From Lytechinus pictus (Eukaryota), in NCBI RefSeq assembly GCF_037042905.1, contig NC_087245.1, positions 8,246,001 through 8,310,000 on the forward strand: 64,000 bases of DNA, in the 5' to 3' direction. The notes under the pieces are model-generated. The model saw only the letters and a list, made by a program, of their open reading frames with translations, was not told the DNA's origin and did not search any database. Made by a program: the position numbers and the translations under genes. Positions 48,701 through 62,331 of this stretch are shown here, piece after piece. Position 1 is the first letter of the stretch, and the number at the start of each line of letters is the position of its first letter.

Positions 48701-51700
48701 TTTCAGATATTTGTTTACAACTTCATGATATAAAAATAATTCATTATACCTCTTTCTATTTATAAGGTTATAATTGTGAATTTGACATTGATGTTTGCAT
48801 GGACACTGCACTCAATGTCACTCAATGCCAGAATGGAGCTACATGCATGGATGGTCAGGGACCAGCTTTCACCTGCCAGTGCTTACCGGGTTTCACAGGT
48901 GTCTACTGTGAGATAGATATCAATGAATGCAGCTCTAGTCCTTGTGAAAATGGAGCAACCTGTATTGATCTGGTGGCAAACTTCATGTGCACATGTGCAG
49001 AAGGTAAATATTAGCTCTTTACAAAATCAAAATGAGATATCCCCCCTTCCACTTTGGTAGTTTTGGCATTGTCAATGCATGTTGAAAGGATGATGAAGTG
49101 TTGATGCTGTCTTTTAATTGAAAGTAATTGTCAGTTTTTTAAACTACTATGAATTGACCAACATATATTACAAACATTTAATTGATTTCCAGAATTACAT
49201 AAAGATTTGGCAAGGGAGAACAAATTTTTCTTGATCATTGCTGTTATGTACCACTTCAATAGGTCTAAAAAGAACTTTGGATGTTTTTATTTATGTTAAC
49301 GATTCTCAACCTAGTCACAATGATACCACTACTGATGTATTTCCATGAAATTTTTACTTAGTTACTTGCATGTAGTTACTTTTAATGGCAGAATTACAGA
49401 GTTTCCATTGCAACATGACGCATTTTTTCATGCATTATTTTTGCTGATACCTAATGGTATTCTTTCCAATGTCACAACCACAACAATCTCGGATATAATC
49501 TCAATTGCTTTCTATGAATTCTTGTCATGCAGGATGGACAGGAGTGTTGTGTGTGGAGGATATCAATGAATGCCTGTCATCACCTTGTATGAATGGCGCC
49601 CTCTGTAGACAACAACCAGCAGGAGATGGATACGAGTGTTACTGTGCACCAGGCTTTCAAGGAATCATCTGTGAAGAGGACTATGATGAATGTTTATCTA
49701 CACCATGCCAGAACAGCGCCCTCTGTGTTGACCGTGTTGATGGATACAACTGCATATGTAGCAGTGGGTTTACTGGTTTGGATTGTGGGATAGATATAGA
49801 CGAATGCCTCAGTGAGCCATGTATGAATAATGGAACATGCAGCCAAGTTGAGCCAGGGGATTTCATTTGCGAGTGCCCACCTGGTTTCTTTGGGACACGC
49901 TGTGAGTCAAGGGATTTCTGCTTCAGTCAGCCTTGTGCCAATGGAGCATTTTGCTTCACATGGGCTTTTGGTTTCCAGTGCATTTGTCCAGCTGGATTTA
50001 CTGGTGTTACTTGTGAGACCAGATTGCTGACCTCATCTAGTACTTCAAGCTCAATTGCTTCAGAAGTGTCTACATTTTCTGTTAGAGAAACACCAGTATC
50101 TACAGTGGTAATGATATCTACTTCACTCGACAGAACCTCACTGCACACTGCGATGCAGTCATCTAATCAGATGTCTTTAGAAACGTCCATCCTTGCAACA
50201 ACTTCATTGAGAAGAGGCAGTTCATCGGTCACATCAGTACCTATGCCTTCAGAATCTTCAGGAAGAGGTTTATCTTATACGGTAGATATGATGTCACCCA
50301 CTCAAACAACATCAGAGTTTTCCTCTTTTCATTCCACATTGGATGAGAGTAGTGATCTGACACGTTTTATGTCATCGAGTCTGATCCCAAGTAAAAGCAC
50401 GATAGCATCATCTTCAACTTTTGTGACAACAAACTTTCCAAGTACTGATTCTAATTTAGTGGTACCCACTAGTTTCCCTGCAGACTCAACCCATTCCATG
50501 TTCAGTCCAAGTACTCCAACTATCACCATAGAATCGACCACTTTACCTTTGGTGTCTACTGAAACAGGCATGAGTCAGACTGGTGTCTTACCGTCTCTAC
50601 CTGATACTCCATCTACCTCAACGGCAAGCATTGGTCCTTCATCATTCACCACCTCGGTGCAAACTTCACCACTCTACTCCACAATCATGCCATCGGAAGT
50701 AACTATGTCATCAGCCACAATTTTACCCCCTGTTTCATTATCAACTGCAGTCATGCAATTGTCTTCATCAACTCCATTTTCTCCAACTCTGATGGCGTCA
50801 TCATCCTCAATGTTTTCGCCTGTTCTTTCACCTTCCCCACAAGCCACTCCCTCATTATCATCTTCAGTCCAATCACAGATCATGACACCTAGCCAATCAG
50901 ATATCATGATGACATCATCACTTGTGCCCCAGCCCACTATCACCACTCAACGGCCACAAACACAAACTGAGACACAAACATCAAGTTTTCAAAGCTCACA
51001 ACTGTTCACTTCAAATGTAATGAGCTCCTCTCCAATGGTAATGTCATCATTGACTCTGTCAACCAATATTGTTCTTCCATCAATGTCTGTTTCTCTGATG
51101 AGTAGCAATGATCGGTCTTTCAGTACAGAAATGATAGGTCAAACATCAACATTCATTGGACTCCCAAGTTCATCTTTCCTCCCTGTCAGCAAATCATCTG
51201 AGAACACAGTATCTACATCTGCTGCTGTGACCTCATATGACCCTTCAACTCTGACATCGGAGTCATCCCTTTCAGGAACACCTACTATCACCCCATCCAT
51301 GACATCATCATATTCTTCAGCAATGGTCACTGCTACACCGAGGCCTACAACAGAACTGACAACACCTCCATCAGAAGTGACAACACCTCCACAAGTGACA
51401 ACACCACCCTCTACCCCCTCAACAACAATAGAACCTTCCACTACAACCTCACCTCCAAGTACATGTGAGACTGTTCCATGCCTGAATGGAGGGGTGTGTA
51501 GAAATCAGACATCAGGAGAGAAGTCACTTTTTGAATGTGACTGTACCTTCAGGTTTACAGGAAGCCTCTGTGAAACAGGTGATTTTCTTTTCTTATAGTA
51601 TTTTCACTTCTACATTGTTCAACGGTTTACATAGTATGATCATGACCAGATCCAAGAGAGATAAATACTATATAAAACTAGAACAAACAAATTATCATAT

Positions 51701-54700
51701 ATGTACAGTTATTGTAGGTAATTAGAGAAACAATGATGTTATCTTTTTGAACAGATTTTGGAAACCCTTGAAACTTTATACAGATTTTATATAAATCGTA
51801 AGTTTAAATGATTAGATTTGTATCGTGGGTGAGGAAATAAAATACATGCATTATTTTTATCATAATAGAATGTTAGATACGTAAACGCATTTGAATGAGA
51901 GCAAGACAATAATAATGAGGAGCATAAAAAACAAAGTTTATAAGACCCATTTCATTGACAGCACGGTTTATTATTGTTTATTTGATTTAAGGAATTATTT
52001 TACGAAACAAACATTCTCATATGTACCATTTTTTCCGTGTAGAACGTGCTGTGCATTTTCCCTCGTTCAATGGAACCTCATATCTAGAGTATGCTTCTCT
52101 AGATTGGTCATCTTCTTCATCAAACACTATCTTCATCAGTATAAAGACATCAGCAGCAGAAGGGACTGTTCTGTATTCAGTTAGTGATTCCTCCAGTGAC
52201 TTCATTCATCTGTTCATTCAAGATAGTCGTCTAGTCTATGAGATGAGCTGTGGACTGGGTCAGGTTGTCAGGGTGGAGTCAAACGTTGTCATAGCAACAG
52301 ATGAGTTGGTGGAAGTTTTTATCAGGTAAATTGGTAGTCTACATTTGCATGATTTCTTTGTAAGATAAAACTTTTTTACCGTGTAAAAATTTGGGCACCA
52401 ATTATTTGCAAATTGATTACAATGTGGGTTTTCTAAAATGTGAATATCTAATTGCCTTATGAAAAAGTACTATTACATGTATTTGAATAATTACAACGAT
52501 TGTAAGTGATTCATTCTTGTCATGAACAATTCATTATTTTTTTAGTGCATTGTCTCCACATCATGCAGGAACAATGAAGGCCTTATGTCTGTGTCCTTGG
52601 AATTTTCAGGTCATGGTGCAATATATATATATATATATTAAGTAATGGTCACTCTAGTGACATGATAACGTCCCTTCGGAGGACTATTGCAAAGGATATG
52701 CATTCAAACACAACTCTAAAAATTCAAATACAATTGATTTTTAACCAATCAGAATAGTGCATCTGTAACTTGTGTCTGATTAATTGAGTGAAGTTAAAAT
52801 GCAATTATTTCTGTACCAGGACCCTGCTGTGTATTACTGCTGTTTCATTTCTTTTGTTTCAGCCAAACAAGACCAAACATTGCATCCATGATATGTGGGG
52901 CTACCCTCACAGTGAACAACCAAGAAACAACCAACCAAATCTTCTCTTTCATCTTCCCCTTGCCTCTGGGCCCTCTGTACCTTGGAGGTACTCCCCAGGG
53001 TATGACCTCTGATGATCTCCCATCACCCATCGTAGGGTACCAGGGGTGCATGCGTGTTCTTGAGATTAACCAAGTTGAGAATTTGCTGTTTGATGATTCA
53101 TTGGGAGGCAGGAATATTGATGAATGCATGACCACTGAGCCGTGCTCATATCAGCCATGCCGCAATGGGGGAACCTGTTCTGTGTAAGTTTAACACCTCA
53201 TCTTCCATTCACAGAGCGGTCTTCATAATATCTAGACCATGTGCAAAATATATACTGGTAATGCTTGGAATTTTTTTCCTGAACACTTGAGGACATTGAA
53301 AATGTTATATCTGTTATGATCTTTGTTTTCTTTACACTGTAAGCGTGATTAAAGAAATGTACTATTTATATGTAAATATTAGGACTTAGTACAGATAGAT
53401 TTATGCAAAAGAAAAGGTTCATAAATATGTAGCTCCATTTTGACTGATTTCCACCAATCTCTCAGGTCACCTGATGGCACTACATGGTCATGTGACTGTC
53501 CTATACCTTTTGGTGGAGTGCTGTGTGAAAGGCTAGTTGATCATTGTGAGGGGTCTCCTTGTCATGCAGGAGCATCATGTGTATCACTTGATGAAGACTT
53601 CCTCTGTTTATGTCCCTATGGCAGGCAAGGCATCATATGTGATGAAGGTGAGTGATAGTAGTATCAGCACTGAGAATGTCAATGAAAAATGCAATGAGAG
53701 TGAGAATGATAATTGACAATGCACAGGTCACTGACATTGACAAGGACTGTGGCTGTGCATCAACATGAGTGTCAAGTCTGAAAGACTTGTTTTGTGCCAT
53801 TCAAGAACGACTATTTGACAATGTTATGACTACGACTCTGATTATAACTTGGTCATGACCATAATTATGACAGTGGCTATTGCTGTGGAAATTGCTATGA
53901 TGATAATTATTATTGTGCTTGCCTGTAAATCATAATCTCAATAATCGTTGCTCTGAATATAATATCTGACTGATGGCAATAAATGATTGTTGAAAAGGGT
54001 GTATAAGATCATGTTCCTATGATTTCCATTTACCTGTACAGCTTATGTGTTTAGTGAAATTTGTTTTATTTGACAGTGATCATCATAACCAGGCCTTCTT
54101 TCAGTGGTATTGTAGCAGGTTATATGCCATATATCAGGTATGCTCGGGTCTTGAATTGGGACTTTCTATTGACCTTGAGGTTAAAGTTCACCGTGGATGA
54201 TGACCAATCAGCTATCAGCAGCAATCTCATGCTTTTCTCTGGCCAAAAAGGTAAAGAAATATATGAGAAAGATATGCATATGTTGTGTACTTGTTAGTTT
54301 TCTAATCCCTCATATGGATTACATGATCAATGGGTAAATGGGTCTAATTACACCAGTGTTTATGGATAAACAAGAACTACTGACCTGTATTTTGTTCAGT
54401 TAATTGAGATGTGCTTTTGTAAATGTCACTTTTTTAAATGCTGAGTATGATGTATAGCAGGATTCTTATGGGAGAAAAATAAGAGTAATGAAATTAAAAA
54501 AGAGGTTGGGGATAGATATTCAAATTGACATTCAGAGAGAGAGACACACAAAAACAGATATGAATAAATAGAGAAATTGTATAAGGAGAGAGAGAGAGGG
54601 GGGGGGGGAAAGGCAATGTTCAATCATACTGACGTACAATGATATCCTAATGACAGAATTCATTAGTGCTTTCCTGGTATTTTTTATTTTTGTAGGAGAA

Positions 54701-57700
54701 GGGAGTAATGGAGATGACTATTTATCTGTTGGCATTCAAGATGGCTATCTTTTGTTTCATTTTGATGTTGGTTCAGGTAAGAATTATTTCATGTATTTTT
54801 TATGTGATTAAGGAGAAATATGAATGAGAAATGAGTGAATAAATACATTTTGAATTGTTTAATAGGTAGACATGTTTGCAGTTGGCTACTGAAGTGTTCT
54901 GGGTCTTTCTAGACAAAGGTTAGAGATTTGTTCAATTTTTGAATCATGCGACCAAACAATACACAGTCATCTAACAATAAACAGGATTGGCCATTGCAAG
55001 AAATGTGATTGGTTTCTACATCCATGTTACAGAGCCCTTATATATCCTTTTTTTATGGCTCGGACACGCACTTTTGGTACTTTTTTAGTAAGATCAGTGC
55101 TGAGTGTTTATACGTTTTGTTGATAATACAGGAGAAGGAATCTTACGAAGCCCTCAACCCATTGACCTGACTGCACCGTTTCATACATTGCAGATAGGAC
55201 GTCATAGGAGAGAAGGATGGATGCAGGTAAGATGATCAGATTGATGACAGAACAATGCAAGATATTTAGTGTTAATATTCAGTTGCTTGTAATTGGAATA
55301 GCAACATAATAGTGATGAAATCAAAACAGGATGATGCTTTTATGAAAAATTGATAATGATGTTGCTCTTTCTGATGTTGATGATTGTATGGTGAATGTTA
55401 TAAAGGCCTTATTATTGTTTGTGCAGGTATTGTTCTGTAATATAAAAATAAAAAGATTGTTTGATACATTCATGTAGATGATTAGATGGAATGAGGTTTG
55501 TCCAATGTATCATTTTAGCATTGAGAAACTTTTTCTTTTCTGTGCATCAACAGTTGGACAATCAGCTGAATGTCAGTGGTACCACACAAGGCCCTCTTAT
55601 TGGTCTCAATACTTACCGTGATCTTTATGTGGGTGGTCATGACACCACAGATGTTCATTTACTACCAGACGTGGTGGACTATGCTGAGAGCTTCAAAGGT
55701 AGTATGATCAATCTATATGATTCACTTTTTATATCATGATTGTATTTCTAGTCTCATCATTTGTAAAGTGATGCTGCTATTATGGCAAATATAGGAGTGT
55801 TAATTGACATAACTATCAAGACACAATTTTCAACACCAGAAATAATTTTTTTTATGGGCAATAATGTATGATTTTCTCTTTCTAGTTATTTGATCCATTC
55901 TATTATGAAATACTTGAAATACTTGAAATGTGCATAAGAATGGATGTCATTCTTTGTCATTATGCAGGATGTATTTATGAACTTGAAATAAACTCTGGCC
56001 TGTATGGATCCTTTGTTGCCCCTGGCAACCCACCTGGTCATGTGGATGTTGGTCTCAATGTCGGTCAGTGCGGTCATCCAGAGTGTGCTCTGAATGAATG
56101 TCAAAATGGAGCTGATTGTATAGATCTTGGAGCTTCTTATATGTAAGCATTATTAATATTCTAACTTGTTTTCAGATGTTTGATAATTTTTCTCAACGAT
56201 GATGATGATGATAATTATGGTTATAGTGATGTTAGTGGATAAGACGACATTGGTGATAATGACAATTTCAACATTTGTTGATGATGATTGAGAAGGAAGA
56301 TGAAGTGAAAGAGAGAGAAAGATAATGTAAAGAGAAAGAGATAGAAAGAGCAGGGAAGGGGAGGGATAAAGATAAGAAGAAGAGGATTGAGATAACAATT
56401 ATACTGGTGTGATGATAGTGGCAGTGATACCAATAGGAAGTATAATTCTTGTTTTTGCAGATGCAACTGTACAGCTGGATGGAAAGGCCCTCTCTGTGCA
56501 GATTTAATCACCGTCTGTGATGCAGAACACCCTACCCCTCATGACTGCTCAGAGGGGTCCATTTGCACACCCCTCCCTGTAGGATTTGAGTGCCAGTGTC
56601 CTTTAGGAAAGACAGGACCAAGATGTAATGAAGGTACATACTAGGCTATACAAAGAGTGATTATTATTATCTTTTTATTTCCCTCTGTAGTAATTGTGAC
56701 CACCTGTATAGAAGGACTTCCTGTTTATGAAGACCATGGCCTGTATTCTGAAGTGGGTTTTAATTCAAAGACTGGTCTAAAATTGTGGTTTAACTGTGGA
56801 TAGTCACCTGTGACACAAAATTCTCACATTCCATGTTCAATCAGCTAATTTTCATTCAGATCATGCATAACTGTCTGGGAATGATAACTATAATGGCTTT
56901 ATTCACTAATACAGCACAACTAAAGAGCACAGACAGCAAAAATAATTTGTCATGTAAACAAAAATGATGATATTTTCTTATTCCCATAAATTAAGCACAT
57001 AATTAGACCATGCTTTAATTCAAACAAGACTGCTCATAGTCCACTTTACTTACCTATCTTTAGCGTTCTTTTTTCACAGCTTTCAGTTAGTGCTATTTCC
57101 ACTTTCAAAGCAATGGCAGTTCATTTATTATGTTAAAGGATACTGATATAATATTGGCTTAGGATATGAAAAAAAATTAATTACATTTCAGTCTTGTGTT
57201 TTATCTCATGTAGATATTGTATTCAGTGACCCACTATTTGAGGGTTCTTTGAGCTACATGTCTTTCACAAGAACCACCAACCTCCGCTTCCAGACTGACA
57301 TCATGATCGAGTTCAAACCCTTGTCAAACACTGGTCTTGTATTCTACATAGCCAGTCAGCTTACACCATATTCAGGAGACTTTCTAGCAGTATCTCTCAC
57401 ACAGGGCTATCTTGAGCTCAGGTATTCACTTGGTAAGTATATTGGTTCCATGTTCTGTCATCTGGTATTATTACACGTTTGTGAATGTGCCTCAACTCAA
57501 TGCAGATTTGCATTATGAAAGATATCGGTCTAGTTCCGTTATATCTACTCTTCATACATCTGTAAATCTTTAAGAGAATGAGTTTAAAATTACCGTAGTC
57601 GAAATGCTTTTTTCAAGGTTTAAAGCTACCATCTGCTCGCATATGAATGAAATGTGTTCAGGTTTATATGCATTCTAAGAACGTATACATGTTCACTTGG

Positions 57701-60700
57701 TTATGGCACAAAGGGGATCTAAAATTTCATTAAGGATATTTCCATGTGATAATGAAATGAGTTGGTGCATCAGCCTCATAAAAAATGCTTGAAATTTGCT
57801 GTAGATGGGTGCATAACATTGCTTTTACAAAACCATCCCTTTGTCATACATATTTGGATATGATGCTATCTTAGTATCACATTTAAAGAACTAACTCAGT
57901 ATAAAAATGAAAAGAAAAGTGAAGATGAGAAAAAAGATTGAAGTAATAATGAAGAGTTAAATGCATTTGAAGGGATGGAAAAGAATAACGATTATTTTTT
58001 CAGAATGTTTTTTTAATACTTTTTGTTATTTTCAATCCCTGTTATAAGATGGTCAAGGTGATCCTGCTACTATGAGAACAGCAAACAGAGTTGACATCAC
58101 AACAGACACCTGGTACACCGTAGAGATCAACAGGATCAACCAAAATGGCATCCTTCGCTTCGGAGATGAAGAGATCTACCGTAGCGCTCCAGGAAGTTTC
58201 ATCTCCCTTGATATCAATACAGACATCTTTATTGGTGGTGCGCCCTCGCTTGATGGTGTACATCCAATGGCTGTTGAGGGTGTTATCACCAGCTATCAAG
58301 GTTGTGTGCGCAGGGTGGTTGTTAATGGACAGGGCATGGACTTGACAGTATCTGGAGCATCAGCAGGACAGAACGTTGGGGACTGTGATGGGACAGGATG
58401 TGGATACAATGTGTGTAGAAACAACGGCACATGTTCACCAGTAGATGGCAGCTCACAAGATTTCACTTGCCAGTGTCCAATGGTAAGTCCTTGTGATTGA
58501 GTCTGATTCTTGTTTCTGAGCAGGCTTGTACATTTTACTCTGATTTCTTCTGTTTATACATTGTGTCTTATTTTATTACTTATGGTTTGCAGGCTTATCA
58601 TTACATATAGGCACCAGAGCTACATCTTTCCTGTAGAAATGCATTTTTCTTAACTAATCTTCACATTCATCCTAGATAAAATAATGAGGAATTTAGGAAA
58701 GCAACAACGCCACTGTCGTAGTGGTATTAAAAAGTGTCATACATCAGTATGTTCTACTTGTGCTTCATAACTTAAAAAGAATCAATTGCAATCTTAAAGT
58801 GCTGAAAAGTAAAACAAGATCCAATGCATTCATAAATCAACTGGTATGTAAAAATGTTTATTTAGATGAGGCAAGGCCATGTCATGTACTGCCAGAATAC
58901 ATGTTGCCATGCCAGGGGTTATGTTGCAGTGGTAAGGGATTTACTTGTACATACATCGATTGTAGGTAATCTCTTTGCTGTGATTGAATGTTTAAATAAT
59001 TCAAACTCTCTTTAATGAAGCATTCAAATAGACCTTTCCATATACTTATACCATATGTGATTGATTACTGTTGATGTTGTTTAAGTGTTATTCTAAGTAG
59101 TTCCTTATGTTATTCCTTATGTTGTGTAATTTGATTTCTGTAAAGTGCATTGAGAGTCCTTGCGGGTCTGAAATGCGCTGTATAAGAACTTCATAATTAT
59201 TTCTAACCAGCTGATCATGGAATGTAACAAAAATACAGCAAAAACACGAATGAGTAATAAAATTATGTTCCTCAGCCATGTCTGAGTAGGAATATCTAAA
59301 ATAGTGTTTGTTCTCTCTTTTCCAGCCATTCACTGGAGCAAGATGTGAGGTGTCTATATACTGTGCCAATCATCAGTGTTTGAATGATGCTATCTGTTTA
59401 CCAGACGAAGATGCCCAGAGCTACAGCTGTGGATGTATGCTTGGCTGGCAAGGAACATTCTGTGAACAAAGTAAGCTATGCTGGCATGGGTTTATTGCAA
59501 CATGTACATTTGACCCCCTGTATATGGGATCTCTTTAAAAGGATTTGTGTCTGTTTTCTAGTTAATTTGATATTCTCAAAAGATTAATTAGCAGTTTGGA
59601 AAATCAAGTAAGAATGAAGAAAAATGTGAATCAAGACATACAAAAAGGATAATCATTTTATGGCATTGCCCCATATTTATACTGCATGAACATTGATGCT
59701 CCATGTTGATTTTGTACTTACAAACATGAACCTGAATATTGTATCTGATCACTTTATTTATTTGATCTTATTTGATTTTATTTTCCATACAAGGTGTTAA
59801 CATCACTACTGCCGGATTCACTTCATCCAGTCACCTTTACTTCCAAGATGTGAACTTTGACCTCTCCAACAAAACAATGACCTCCCTCTCCTTTAACTTG
59901 AGTACATCAACCCTTCAGGGCTTGATCCTGTGGAATGGAGAGCCAATCACAACAGGTGTTACTGACTACTTAGCCATTGGTGTCCAGAATGGCTTCTTGA
60001 AAATAAGGTGAAGAGATAAATATGCTCTTTGGCTGACAAAATCTTTAAAAAACCCTCAAATGTTTGGAAAAAATTAAAACTACCATAATATTATTTGTAG
60101 GGCAAGTGGCTCAATATTTTTTAGATAGAGAGTTAAGATTCTAACAGAATAACACAGGATATACGAACAAGTCATTTAAAAAATAATAATTTGTTGAAAT
60201 GTTTAGAGCATAGACATTGGTAGATTTGAATTGAAATGTGGAGGGAAGAAACTTGATTTTGCCACTTCATCTGTATCATTTTACTGTTACAATTTTAACA
60301 AGCTACTACTTTTGCATGCATGATGAGATTCATTCACAAATCTTTATTAACCATGATCTATCCCTTTTGTTTCAGCATAACAATTATTTTGGCAGCAAAT
60401 TACAGAAAATGTTTTTTTCTGTGGGGTGGGGGGGGGGTGCATATAAATATTTATTTACTCAAAATATTTGTATAGTATACACACACATATTGTCTCAACT
60501 TTATTTCATTTGTTTGTCATTTTGATAGCATCAATCTTGGACATGATTCATACGGTCATATACTTCATTCAGAATTTATATCTGATGGTCTTTGGCATGC
60601 TGTGATTATCACCAGGTAAGATAAAAATGAAGTGTGACAATCTCATGAATTTGGTATACTACAATGGTTACCTACAAGAACTACACACACCTGCATCCAG

Positions 60701-62331
60701 CTTTTGATATTTTTTTAAAGATTATGATCATTCCCTATGGATCCCATGTAACATAAATCTTTAAAGGGCAGTAGTATATTTCATCCTGCTGCATTTTGGG
60801 GGGCAAATTAATGATGTGGATGAAAATATGAAATAGTTTGTTTGTACGAAAGATGTTGCTTGAAATTTTTTTACTGTAAAATCAAGTAATGAAATATTTA
60901 ATAACAGAATCAGGGTTCTATTCTGTGATACTTTAAATTTACCAACACAAGTAACTGTAGACTATCAGATTTAAGCCTCTTAACACAACTATAGTTTTAA
61001 TATTATAATTGATATCAAGCAGAAGTCTCGAGGAAAATACGTTTCAATGACTAAATTGATCATGAGATTGACTTTATCACTTTAATTTCAAATGTCTCTG
61101 ATCTGATATTTATCATTTGGTAACGAGGACAGGCTTTCATACTGGAACACATGCATAAAGTTTTGTACCAATTATGGAAACTGATGGCAAAAAGAAGCTG
61201 CTGAAAACTGCTTATCTAATAAAAGAGAGCCAATGGAGTAAATTAGAAAGTCAAAAAGGGGCCTAAGCTTTCGATCCTAGCAGAATCTTCGTCGGAGGCA
61301 AAATGACAAACATATAAAGTGGAACAACCATAATATAGACCACAAACAAGCTACAGCAACACTAGAAACAAGGAGACAAAAGGGGCATTAGTGAGTAGAG
61401 AAGACCTATCAGGAAACTATGGAAACTATTAGTTTTGTCATATATGCTCTAAAACAAGTTTTAGCTACAACATCAATTATACGTAAACATAATTTGATCA
61501 ATATGAATATTCTGATACCACAAACAGTGGTGCATTATGAATATAAATGTATGATTTATTTACCTTACCTAACTCTAAATATTTTTTTTCTTTATCAGAT
61601 CAAGAACATTATTTAAAGTGTATGTTGATGGTGGTGAGCCCATTTCATCTGACATAGGAGGTTCTTTCACTGGTTTAGACACAGAGGGACATTATTATCT
61701 AGGTATGTATTGCAGTGAGTGAGAATATGCTTCATTGATACTGCTTATCAATGGAGGGTGTTGACGTGTGATGATACTATAGGATTTGTTTGAGATTTCC
61801 TTTATATTTTTTAAATCTCAATCCAGTTCAGGTTCAAAGTTCAAAGTTTACTTTCCACATTTCCATTAAAAACAAAAAATAACAAACTGGCAAGATTTAC
61901 ATCTAGAATGAAAACAAATACAATATAAAAAAACTTAGAGAAATGGGTAATAAAGGCATGAAAAAAGATTGAAGAAATTTGATGGGGGCAAAAGTAAATA
62001 CATGTATGTCTTCAAACAGAGAGCAATGAAAGATATTTACCTATCCAACCAACCACTCACCATCTACCCAATTATCTGTATCTATCTACCCATCCATCTG
62101 ACCGTCAATGTTTTTGTTTTAGTTTGTTTTATTATACATGCATCACATAATTCATTTCATATCATTTTTTTAGGTGGCTTTGGATTATCTGCTGATATAT
62201 TTCAAGCTACTGGAGGCCTATATGATGAAGGTTATGAAGGTTGTCTTAGGAATCTTGTAATCTCACAGGGAGATCCGCCGGTCAATCTTATGAATGCAGC
62301 TGATGCCCTCAACGTCCAATCATGTAGCTGA
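30751..62331 (+). CDS. EYS: Protein eyes shut homologue (secreted EGF/mucin/laminin-G protein), 39 coding exons, 3580 aa
   Basis: Exons: 30751-31379, 31685-31854, 32805-32918, 33749-33903, 35075-35235, 35761-36017, 36591-37154, 37469-37591, 38268-38381, 38902-39129, 39616-39832, 40267-41401, 42108-42207, 43158-43400, 43679-43842, 44343-44494, 44912-45165, 45405-45609, 46000-46145, 46615-46786, 47354-47520, 48767-49003, 49533-51578, 52043-52325, 52863-53183, 53466-53647, 54077-54250, 54696-54776, 55132-55226, 55554-55698, 55968-56142, 56461-56633, 57214-57432, 58049-58482, 59326-59470, 59794-60007, 60529-60615, 61599-61702, 62174-62331 (10743 nt, divisible by 3, all GT-AG). Signal peptide [13 protein letters not shown]. 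The N-terminal [18 protein letters not shown]...DCY...[15 protein letters not shown]...[11 protein letters not shown] resembles the vertebrate EYS N-terminus as recalled. No transmembrane helix. Confidence 0.9.
38715..38824 (+). mobile_element. SINE/L2-type retroposon 3' tail
   Basis: TGTAAAGCGCTTAG...TAAGCGCTATACAAA...TATTATTAT stem-loop plus short-repeat tail. A similar degenerate tail lies at about 59137-59200. Confidence 0.55.
42620..43012. mobile_element. Fold-back MITE with ~15-bp subterminal repeats
   Basis: The left arm repeats (TTT)GGTCTA/GTCCA and the right arm repeats TAGACCAA. AATTACCAACTCGTC is mirrored by GACGAGTTGGCAATT. Confidence 0.7.
47910..48359. mobile_element. Tc1/mariner-superfamily MITE, 450 bp, perfect 27-bp TIRs, TA TSD
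   Basis: TA|CCGTAAATTACCGTGTATACGGCGCAC ... GTGCGCCGTATACACGGTAATTTACGG|TA, with an internal TATAAGGCGCACC repeat. Confidence 0.92.
50030..51460 (+). other. Ser/Thr/Pro-rich mucin-like stalk (~480 aa) of EYS, within one 2046-nt exon
   Basis: Cysteine-free S/T/P-rich translation, including the short coding repeat GACAACACC(T/A)CC x3 (TTPP) at about 51358-51410. Confidence 0.9.
52043..62331 (+). other. Four laminin-G domains of EYS separated by EGF pairs
   Basis: Each has an F.G.SY-like start, D(F/Y)L.(V/L)...G.L...(F/Y)..G and (L/I)(Y/F)(L/V/I)GG...(Y/F).GC(M/I/V/L) motifs: LG1 52043-53130, LG2 54077-56070, LG3 57214-58385, LG4 59794-62328. Confidence 0.85.
61260..61299 (-). ncRNA. Degenerate minimal type I hammerhead ribozyme (Penelope-like element remnant)
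   Basis: The minus strand reads GCCT-CCGACGA-A-GATTC-TGCTA-GGATC-GAAA-GC-TT-AGGC: stem I GCCU/AGGC, core C(C)GACGA, stem II GAUUC/GGAUC, GAAA and palindromic AAGCUU. The core carries U4>C. Confidence 0.6.

Noticed and set aside
49681-51441. Antisense ORFs over the large EYS exon (also 2934-3358 over PI4KB)
   Set aside because: Shadow frames of real coding exons with biased codons and no independent support.
30751-62331. Notch, Crumbs or fibropellin as the identity of the EGF-rich gene
   Set aside because: There is no LNR, ankyrin or TM domain (Notch), no TM or ERLI tail (Crumbs) and no CUB or avidin domain (fibropellin). The N-terminus, mucin stalk and terminal LamG fit EYS.
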